Translations under genes and position numbers: made by a program | Notes under the pieces: generated by a model | The model's input: the letters and a program-made list of their open reading frames with translations, nothing else | The model's database searches: none | Told to the model about the DNA's origin: nothing | DNA from: Dimargaris cristalligena | Taxonomy: Eukaryota | Assembly: GCA_003614675.1 (NCBI GenBank) | Contig: ML002310.1 | Span: 1 to 44,271 of the forward strand | Length of the DNA: 44,271 nt | Direction: 5' to 3' | In this document: positions 10,798 through 21,739 of the stretch, piece by piece | Position numbering within the stretch: position 1 is the first letter of the stretch | Layout of the letters: each line of letters begins with the position of its first letter

Positions 10798-13298
10798 GAG
10801 CGGACTTAATAGGACACCCCCCCCCCCCCCCATTCCCTGTACGGGATACCCTTAGCACAAACTCATGTTGAACTGTTCCCTTACATTCTTCTACAAATGC
10901 CCATAGATCAAACTTCACCTATCTCTATACTTTTACGCGTGCGCCATGCGCCATTATGAGTTGACCTATTTATACCTGCTTTACTTTTTATCATGCCCTT
11001 CACCCCTCTTACTTTACATTATTATTATTCACCTCCCTATTTATTACTACTCTTATTATATTTTTATATTAGGATTGCTGCACCGCTATATTACTTCGGC
11101 TTCTGTATCAATCTGGTTCAACTATTACACTTACAGCTATTATTACAATAGTTTATCGACTTCGGGAAATAAATATATAAATAAAAAAAAAACAGCATCA
11201 TCCAAAAACATTCGGGTCGAATTTGAAATCTGTAGCTAGTACGTGGAATAACGCTGATTTTGGAGCCAAAGGGACTGGACTCCTTGCAAAGAGAAGCCTG
11301 ATTTAGCCGTTAATCTTGGGGAATTATCGACTCATAATTCCCAAATCGCCCCAGTAAGCGCCCGGGGAAGAAGGCATTGGTTCGTGCAATATAGTATTCA
11401 AACTGTCAGGGCAGAGCTGGGGTATTTTCCCGGATTAATTAATCCTATTGATATACACCATTTTGATCTCCGGAGGGTGGCGATGATCTAGCCGTACGAC
11501 CCTCCTACCCCCCCACCCCGCACATGATCGAATATATATGATCACCCTGTAATAGGATAATTGGGAATGTATTAAAATAAATATGACGAAGGGGAAGGAC
11601 AGGTATCATGGCTACATCAACCGATTTTCCTATTCTCTCATTTCCACTCTCTTGGACTTAACACGATCCTTCTGATTACCTCCCCGATATTCATTTATAT
11701 GGGGTAATCACCGGCTACGTATATGTATATGTGTATATATATAATCGCCACTCTAGTTGATCTGAAGGTATTGGCAGTGTTCATATAGTCGATTTTCGCA
11801 AGTCCTTAACTCCTCCTGCCCGGATTACGCTAGCCATAACTCGCCGCTGCTTTGCACTATTCCTGTTCATTACTAGGACTAATCCCCCTTTAAACCCAGG
11901 CAGTACTACTATGCACCCCGCATCTAAATTTTTATTATTATTATTTATAATTAAAGTCAATTGTATCTCAGGGGAATACGCTAACGCTGGACTTCCGCAT
12001 CCAGGGTAGCATTATTTGATTAACCTATCCTAGTGTAGACTATACTTCATTGCTGCGCCTCATAGGGGTATGTACGGGTAGTGAGAAATAGCTTAAGCGA
12101 AGACCTGTTGCGAAATAGATTGATTATGTGAGAAGGAACAATCCACCGATTCAAAGAATCCCACCTGTAAAAAATGATTAGTTGTTAACAATATCCACAT
12201 ATATTTTAGAGTCGATGATTCGCCGGCAGTAGGAGATTGATAATCTATTTTCGGAATATTCCGGCCTCCCCCAATGTAACCCTGTATACCAAGTGTACTG
12301 TCTCTGCAATGTAAATAGCCCCCTGGGAGTTAGTTCCGGGGACTTGTTTAATCTCAACCGGGACAGATAGACGCTATTCAGTGAATTACAGCAGCCCTAG
12401 TAGTGTATTTTAAAAGATGCACCGAAATATTAGGTGACGCCCTATATTTGTTGGAATATGGGCGAATTTCAACCCATCTGTATAAGATTGTGAATGAAAT
12501 GTACACAATAAAATATAACGGAAATCATGCTGTTAACCTGTCCTGTCAGTTTTTACCAGCCAGATTCCTCGTTATAAGGTTGACCCAAACCCCCCTCCCA
12601 TTACATAGTATTGTTACGATGGGAGGTTTTGCACCTGTAAGAAATTGGGGTATCAATAGGTTTGACCTTTTTATTCCCAACCCCATATCATCCTATTTAT
12701 AATCAAACTAGAAAGAAACGAACCATCTGATATTCGATTGAGGAATAAGCACTAAGATTATATTTTACGCCAGCCTGTCCCAACCAGACATCGAGTCGCT
12801 AGACTGATTAGGTGATTTATTGTATAATTCAGACTAAGGCTCGACAATGATATACGGCCATAATAGTGAATAAAATAGATCCTAAAACGAGCCAATGCAG
12901 TTCAATCCATAGGATGAGAAAGGTGATATCCAAGTAGATACTACACTATAAATAATACGCGTACAGCAGAACAAATGATGAATCAAACTGGGTAAATTGG
13001 TTGTGACAAGCAAGAAGATAAAAAATGTATGATACACAGGATAGAAAAATAGGAATATGGGGCCTTACGGCTGTCGCCTCAAGAACAGTCAAAGGTAGCT
13101 ATAGCTAAGCTATTATTGGACTTAATTAGGGGGGATATTATAAGGGATATGCGGCCGGCGAATAAAATGGGCGTAGCAGTTCTTTAAGGATGACGCAAGC
13201 GGGGTCATTCGCGCCCCTATATAGTATATTGTCCGCCCCCAATATCACACCATATCTAACAGAGGGGCAGAGGACAAACAAAGCAAACCCTGAGAGGT

Positions 13299-14854
13299 TT
13301 AGAGCGTGCGATACTGCGGCGGTTGGTCATCCAGCGAATAACCCGGGTAAGGGTGTGTAGGGGAGGGCGGGGAGAGGAGATGGTGGTCATCATCATCACC
13401 CGATCCGGAAGGAGCGGTCTCGTGACCGTGGCTTATAGGAGGGGTTGGAGAGGCGGAGGAGTTCAGGGGTAGGGAGGGAAGAGAACGCAGTCCCACCGCC
13501 AAGGGAGGGGAGGAGGAGTAGGAGTAGGAAGTGGCCTCGGAGGATACGGTAGCGGGGGAAGTGGTAGGCGTAGTGTTGGGAGGGGAAGTATCACCACTAT
13601 AGTGGTGGTGGTTGACGCCGAGATTATTCAAAAAGGTAGGCGGGGACGAGGCCTCAATCGGCTTAGGCGTATAGGCCGGGGGTTGGAGCTGGGCCTCGGC
13701 GTAGCACGGCGGCGGCGGCGGCAGTACATCGTCGGGGTGCGGCTGATGAAGACCTGAAGTAAGTGTATTGAAACGATTGGCATAAACAGTGACGGAGGTC
13801 CGAGGCTGATCCAGAGAATCTTTGAACATGGTTAGTTCGTGGTTAAGAAGTTTAAGTTCGCGACGAAGACTCTGTTAATAGAAGAAGGGGTGGAATATAT
13901 TAGGTGGAATGGTGCCATTGGACCCATGAAGTCGGAAAATAATAATACAGATATAGAGCGGTTAATAATGAACACTTAAAATAACATGGTCGTGCAATCG
14001 GTTATACTGTAGAGCGGTGTTCAAATCATGGTACAGCTCTAGCAGGCGGAGAATGAAGAGGTCAGGCGAGGTGCACATATGGGTGATCGGCTGATGATGG
14101 TTAACTCTTGGGCCAACCCAACATCCTACACTTTGCACACCGCCAGAAGGTCTTAAGAACCATTGTTATTATTTTCTCCAGGACAAACTGCCACTTTACG
14201 GATCATACCCCAAACTAAAATAGAGGAGAAAGTGGGATTACTTACCAAATAGACAAGCTGATAAAAGATGGCCAGCAGGATGGCGAATCCCCATAAGTAG
14301 GAGGGTTTTTGATCCTGGGTAGCCAGGGTGTATCCCAGCACGATGGCGTAGATACCCGTAGCCACGGCGACGATGGCTAAGCGGCGGTAGATGATGGCCT
14401 TCCGCCGCTGCCGCAGGATCCCCTCGAATTCCGCAATCGCAGTGGCGTGCTCCTCCGAGCGACCCGCCTCCGTAGAAGTAACGGTGGTGGTCCGCAGAAA
14501 CGGGGTGGTGCTGCCCGTGGGGTTTGTCTGGGGGGGCATCCTAGTCCGAGGACTGGCCGGGGGAGTCGTGGTGGAGGTGGTCGAAGTAGGAGTAGTAGTG
14601 GTATTACTAGGAGTGGCATTGTCTACCGGGAGTGCCGTAGGTGTTGAGGGCGGGATAGTTTCGGGTCGCTGGGTCGCAGCCGTCGACTCGGATAGGGGGC
14701 GCGAAGGCGGGCTGCCCGAAAGACGAGTGCTGATGGGTTGGTACCGGGTAGGGCCCAGAATGTGCTCTTGACTTTCGTGGGCAGCGAGCCCCCGACGAAG
14801 ACTTTGGAGAGGGAGGTGGCCACTGCCGGTCCACAACTGACGGAAGGTCGGCAT
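13299..14854 (-). CDS. Two-TM membrane protein with three PPxY motifs (putative Rsp5/Nedd4 adaptor-like). Exons 14854-14246 and 13871-13299, about 393 aa; an extra middle exon is possible
   Basis: Exon 1 encodes a T/P-rich region, basic RQRRKAIIYRR, then two hydrophobic helices, and ends at a TTG|GTAAGT donor. The acceptor TTCTATTAACAG gives in-frame SLRRELKLLNHELTMFKD, continuing into the 176-aa ORF that carries PPCY, PPAY and PPQY. Confidence 0.75.
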
Positions 14855-17800
14855 GGTGGGAAAGTGAATGGGCAGCGGAGAGGGGGTGGGGAATGAGTGA
14901 TAAACCCGTGGGGAAGAGGGAGTGTAGCGCTGGGTTGGAAACTAAATGGGCGACACCGGGGCAATTGATATTAAAATAGCGGACTCGAGGGGACGGTTTG
15001 CGCCGGGCCAAATGCTCTGGCAATGAAACGGCTGGCTATAGTTTGGCGGCCGGGAGAACGAGGTAGTTGTTCCGGAGGGGGAATACGACGAGCTTGTGCG
15101 TATAAACTAGCGGGTGAAGCAGAAATAGAGAAAGAGGAGGCGACGGACAATGCCAACGAAGAGGTCTAAGTAACTTTGGCCCTGGGTGGGGTCAAGAACC
15201 AAGTAAATATTACAAAGGGAGTTTTAATAAGGGAAGAACAAGGCAACCTGACAGCTCCTCCGGTTTTGCAAGTGGTCTTAAGGGCTGGCGTTGGTCACTA
15301 TTATTAATCCAATAGAGTGCGCGGCCGAAAGGGGGTTAAGTGGGGGGAACAATCCCCCGGACTACCGCCGCTGTGCTTCCACGCCAAGCTGGCCTGATAA
15401 GGGGAAGGAGAGTCCTTCTCTACGCGTCGACGGTGGAAGATTCGACGAAAAATGGCCATGGCCAGTCAAATGTCCCCCTTCCTCACCCTTCACACACTCT
15501 TGCGGGGTTCTTGTGCAACATCGGCCAGCCTATACATTCCTTAGTGCAGAGTTAACTGTTCAAACCAGCCTCTTCAAGGTAGACTAATGCAAATAATTAT
15601 AACATCTCCCCGTCAACACTCCAACTGGCTTCGATACAATGGACGGCTGGGGTAGGCATTATTGAAGACAAAGGCAACCGCCCAAAGGGGTTAATCGAAG
15701 TACTGGGGCGCTTAGATCCCTCTAGAGCATACCTTGTCCCTATTATGGACCATTATAATCAATCATAAAATACGAACGGCGGTCAGCCCAACAGCGCACA
15801 AACAACAAATGGTCTATAGCCAGATCCTACCCGCTGGCGACTGTACTGTACAGTATAGTATAGTATAGTATAATATAATATGGCCTTTAGATGGTTTCCC
15901 AGTCAATTAGGACTGTTTTTAATGTCCATTATTTTTACACTCCCCTTCGCGCTCACAACAATACCAGCTGCATATCGAAACAGTGGGTCACCTACCCCCA
16001 TCTCTACCACATCGTCGCGTGAGATGACCAGATGCATCTCGCTGTCCACTTTGTGTTCGAAACCTACCCACCTTTCGCATGGATAACGCTGGGCTCGCCG
16101 CAAATTCCGATGTTTACTTGCCTGTATAAGTCTCATATTAGCCCCTGTTGTGCAGGTCGCCTGTCAAGTGCGTGAGAAAAGGCGTTCAAAGACTCGGAAT
16201 CGGACCTACACCGCAGTGAACCACCGGTCCCCCAAATAGTGGATACGCTGCCCCGAGTTCCACCAGCCAACCCCTCACGAGCCAACATCGGGTCGGTGTC
16301 GGCTATTTGGCTTAGGGCTGACATGTGTGGGGAACGCCATGGTCCGGTTGGGGTTTCGGGAAATATCATGGCCGATAAACCCCGCCTAAATACCGATTTT
16401 TTCGGCAACATAAACCCAATCTAGCCAACTCTATAGTGCACAAAAAAAGTGCGTGAAGATCCTCGTACGAATACGTGTCATCCACCCCCCTCTAATCTAT
16501 GCTGGCCTCAGAAATACCCCATTCCCTTGGGGGCAATCGGGCCAATCAATACCGGTGCGTTGAGGTAATACTAATTACACTCCATACACCCAGGGCACTG
16601 GGGTTATCTAGGGTAGAAAGGCGAAGATGATATCCCGTATGATTGTTAGGAAGGTGCCCAAGGATGCCGTAGTGAGAAGGATTAGATTAAACCCTGCTAC
16701 CTCTTCGCGCCGTCTCTATACTACCATAGCTAATGGGGACGGGACATTTGCGCCAATCATAGCAACCGCGCAGAAATTCTTCGACTCCTGCTATAGGGGG
16801 AAATCCCGGCGTAGCTGCAAAGGGGTTTGCGGGAAATGGGCGGGTTACTCGGTACATAGCCGAACCAACGTTTTGGTATATAAATTCGACATTGGTATTG
16901 GAGGGGGGGGTGTAGTGTTGGACAGCGATGAATCCTGCTGGCTGGAGCGAATGAGTGAGCGTAAATCCCCCCTAGTGTTGAAGGGATTGGCGACATTGGG
17001 CTTTTGGTTGAACCAGTCCCATTACACTATCCGTGGGATTGTGAGTCTATCATAATGGGTACAAAGTTGCTCGGCGATTGTGTGCCATTCTTGGAGGAGG
17101 GTTTCCGATACCCACTTATATAATGAACGAATAGAGAATCCTTTTTTGCATTGGAGGAGGAAGGATTAAGCGAGCCATAATTTAACGACACCATCGGATT
17201 TTCTCGCTTTTTGGCTGCGATGTGCCCTATTCAAGCTTCAGTGGATCATTTTTGTTCCTTTAGAGGGGGAAGGGGTCACTGCGTTTATTTGTACATTCGT
17301 AGACAGTGTTGCCAAAACAGCCCGCATTGATATTTCCGGGGATTCAACATAGTCCCCTTAGGGAGAGGGGGCTTGACCCGCCACTAATACAGGTAATAGG
17401 TGTGGCGGAGTTTGGATTGAATCTGTCGCTTGGGGCAATGCGACTATCGAAAAGGGGGGAGGGTGGGGAATTACTCGCGTTACACGAGTGTTAGATTTTG
17501 GCCTTGCGTATAGAGTATCGCTTTAGCCAGTCATTACCCCGCGTCTCTCCCCTCCATCTTGCTAATGTAACAATACCAGTCCTCCCTATTTTAAGCATAC
17601 CTAATATTAGCATTTTGGGCTGCGATGAGGAATATAGGATTGGGAAAGCTGATATGGAAAAGGGGAAGTGTTGTTGAATTCGGCAAGCATGACTCTGTCC
17701 GCATTGGGGGGCTAGCCCATCCACCTACATCTTAAATGGAGACATCGGGAAGTGGACGAAAAGAAGCAGAGGGTAGTGAGCCAAAGGACGTTCTAAAATA

Positions 17801-18958
17801 ATACGGACAATGAACTGCGACTGTCGCGCTTGTAGTTAAGAAGCATATACTTTCAATAGGTTATAGAGCCAAGTGGCCGTGGTGGAGGAATGGAGCGAAA
17901 TAGAGAAAGAGCCGAATCGTAAATCTATGGCTGGACATGCGGGAGGCTTACCTATCCCCTTTACTGCATTTCTCCGACTCACTATTACTACAGCCCCTAT
18001 TATACACTCGGTTGCCTAAGCCATCCCGAGATAATGAATCTATTTTTGGCCTTGATAATGGACATAAAATGATTAGCAACTGCATTGTATTCTCCACGGA
18101 CCCCTAAGTGGGATAGCACAGTTTACGATTCGCTCCCAATCTCAAACTGCTTTTCATCTGCGCAAGTGCATTTTCCGTGTTCGTTAATTTGGTGGTGGCT
18201 TTGCCTGCGAATGTGTCGCTACACTTATACCCATGATATTATCGACCCCTCTTTCTTTAAAGGACATGTCTAGTAACCATAACCAAGCGTAAAATAGAAA
18301 GGAATTGGGCGAAAATAAATCACCTACACTTTAATATACCGCCATTCTGGAGCACTAGTCCAAGATAGAGCACATTATTGGACGAACCTCAGTAGTAGCG
18401 TGGTGCGCCAAAGGAACGGTTTGTTCATCCGTGCCTACGTTTTTCCCGGGAATGCGCCCCTCCGCAATAATTGCCCAATGCCCCAATGAGGCGGCGATAA
18501 AGCTTATAATAACCCACTTAAAGCTATAAGGTATCGTGCAGTGGCTATAACCTAATTAAACACACACACTCGATTAGTTGCATTCTACCAGTTGAGTATG
18601 TGGCCCCAAATATCTTAATACCAATATCCAGTACTCGCCCCATCACCAACTAAGCATACCCTTTGGCTGCCTGTCTTTGCCCTGACCTTGCTAGTAGCCA
18701 GTGGTTCAGCTGTCCTGAGGGGTTTTAAAGGTGGCGAAACCTCTCAGTTTCGAGTCGACAAGGTGTATTTAGATGCTGTTCGCCTGGCCAGGGTAGTTGG
18801 TCGGCTTGAGGCCCTCAAAGCCCAAGCCAATATGCCGCAGATACCACTTCCTTGTATTGCTAGTATAGGAGGCTCCGCCGATTGCCTCATTATACTCATC
18901 GCACACGCACCGATCCACTTTAAGGTCAAGTAGGCCCCTGGCCATGTCCATGGCCTAA

Positions 18959-18992
18959 ATATATATAGATATATATATATATATATTTATAG

Positions 18993-19025
<33 letters not shown>

Positions 19026-19026
19026 C
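18959..19026. repeat. Compound microsatellite (AT)n-(AGAT)n-(AG)n
   Basis: atatatagatatatatatat...agatagatagatagatagat agagagagagagaga. Confidence 0.9.
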
Positions 19027-20859
19027 TCTTGAGGGGTTAAACTGAGGGTACGGTGCTTTTAAAGCAGTATAGGTCTTTCGCCCACCTCGAGTATTCCCTC
19101 ACCCTCTGTTCATTTAGTTTTTATATTTCACTCGGGTACCCTTTGGTAGGGGCTTACTGCTTTCCACCCGTACTTGGTACCATTATTAAGTCGTGGCCGA
19201 ATACTTTGTAACTCCTATTGATGACCGAATGCAGTTCCCTTGAACTTGTTATTAGGCCTAGGGGGATAGTATAAAAGGTCGCTTAATTAGCCCACCCCGC
19301 ACCCACACTGCACTAGTCTAGCCAAAAAATTGTATAGCGGAATAATTAAACGACCCCCCCCCCTGTATGACTTGGTGGATAGCGAACGGACGAGTCTTAA
19401 AATGGCACCAATGATCAAATATACATGGGGGCCGGTTAATTGATTAGGGAGGCAAGGGAGGAGGGATCTGGAAGAAAGTTATTCCAACCGATGGCTGGTG
19501 CACGTTCCGACTACCATTTCGGGGCCCCGAGGCGCCCAGTTCAAATCGGGCCAATATCCATTCCGCCAACCCTCTCCACTGGCCACTAGTAGCCGAAGCG
19601 CCCATGTCTTTTTATACCTCGACATTTCTATGGAACACAGCCCCAGCTCCCTCCCTCTCTTCCCCCCCCCCAACCCTCTCCGCACTGTCGACACTCGCAT
19701 TCGTGCCTGCCCCGTTTACTTCTTACATTCATCATAGTTCTATACGCCCTAACGTTATTGCGAAACAAGCGGAGCCTCGCACACGTGCAGCTGGATGAAA
19801 TTAGAATTCAGGGTTCGTTCGGGTTTCCCACCCTCGGTTGGTTATAATTCTAGAATCCCTAGCTTTCCAAATCTTAGGGCTTACTGGGAGACCATACGGG
19901 CCAACTTTTTAGGCCCAGGCAATTTTTAGAGAGGGGGGAATCCCGATGGTACAAGGTCAATTACAGCCTAAATTAACGTACCAAAGGGGAAAGGAGAGCA
20001 CAAGTGGGAGTGGAAGGGAGGACTAGGCTAGGCGAAGGAAGGGGTGGAGTGGTGGGGTGAATGTTATTGGCCCATGCACCGTTCCTTGGCCTTGTTCCGG
20101 GGCCCCAGTATTAAACCTCGCATTGCCGAGATGGTCACGATCATCGCCAACTATAAACGTACATTAATATCCTCCCCTAGCTCTCTATAATTCCTCAGGG
20201 TATTGGGTAATACGCACAGCCCACGGCCTAAGAGTCGACGTCTACCGAATTGGAGATGTTTAGTAAGACATCACTTCTAATATTAACTGTAAACCCTTTA
20301 ATTAACGGTCCTAGAACCGTGGTATACCTCTCTAATCTCTACCCGTACTATGTGTTTCGTTCTCCCTACCATTGACTTTTCTCTCGCCCATTTTCCGTCT
20401 AAACCCTACTGCGCTATCTCTCCCTTTTCTCTCCGTTCGATTATACAGCGATTTCTCTGGTCGGCCACATAAAGAGGACCTGATCCATTGCGGTCACTGG
20501 CCATTCTCTTTATTGCGCTGGCCGATGCCCATGACTGGTCCTTCTACTACAGGGGATAATGGAGAATAATCAATCCTTTGGGTGAGCTGGTGGCGACTTA
20601 CAAATGTACACTCCCTTCCCCTCTTTCCTCTGCTCTCTCCCTCCCCAGTCTCACCCTCTATGAATTCGCCCTTGTCCCGCGTTGCCGGGCCTCATACAAC
20701 AGGCTACACCACCCTTTCCCTCTCCCCATCTCGCCAGCTTTGGGCTTAAAATAGCCGATTTAATAGAGCCGAATATTCCTATACAGTGTAGAATTTCTAT
20801 AATCGGACCCAGTTTAGCCAACAGGCGGGCCATGGAGAGTCGGGGCACTCAACGTATAA

Positions 20860-21739
20860 AACCTATGGCCTTTCCTCTCCTTTCATCCACACCCGTCTCT
20901 GTACATTATCCCGCGTCCACACTGGACTTTGAGCCCTTCACCTCTCCCTCTCTCCCCTCCTCGCCCTCCATCTCTTGTTGGTTTGCCAATATATATATAT
21001 ATGTATATATAGCCACACCAATTCCCTCCGATTTTAAATAGTTGACATATAGCCCCTTATGCATGCAATCGCTTAGGTCGGTTTAGCCTCTTTCGTTTTC
21101 CCCCTTGTACATTTACTTTACTCGTTCCCCTCCTTTTTTTAGTTTCTCTTCTTTTATCATTCCATTCAAGCCACTGTGACCTTCCCAGTTATCGAACCAT
21201 TAGGTTGCCCATTTCGTTGCTTTTTCCCTATTCTATTCCTTCATTTACCACCTCTTGTATATTTACCGTTCGTTCACTGTTTACTACTCTGTAGCATCCA
21301 TTGACTGAACCCCGAAAACCCGGTCTTTGGAAACATTCCCGATATACCTTTCTATAGGTATCCCTGTTATAATTCGACACATTTGGACCCCCCCTCACCC
21401 AATATTCTGTACATATACGACCCCATTACTTTGCTCCCTCTTGTAAATAATCGCCCACACTATATTGATTATAGGTGCCAGTAAATACATTGCTTGTAAA
21501 TATAAAACTACGTACGGTCCTTCCTCTTTCGGAGTACCCTTCTCCCCCATTTCGTTTCCTTCCTCTCTCTCTCTCTCTCTCTTTTACTCGAATATCGTCA
21601 ATTTCGCCACCCAGTTAGCTTACACCAGCGCGTTCATCAACGTTTAACTCCTCCTAAAATCCACCAACCAACTGTTCAATTGAGCGATCTTTCTCCTTGT
21701 TTCTCTCTATATACACACAAAAAAAAAGGGAAAATTACC
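20860..21739 (+). promoter_or_regulatory. Pyrimidine-rich leader or promoter of the AGC kinase
   Basis: C/T skew, (TA)n at about 20989-21011, (CT)n at about 21563-21582 and an A-rich context directly before ATG 21740. Confidence 0.45.

Noticed and set aside
3232-14095. Identical 17-mer ATGGGTGATCGGCTGAT at 3232-3248 and 14079-14095
   Set aside because: A single 17-nt match in 44 kb is not very unlikely by chance, and the flanks do not extend.
16627-17055. 142-aa ATG ORF in the divergent spacer
   Set aside because: No recognisable motif, lacks the C-rich codon style of the real genes, and has no convincing splice context.
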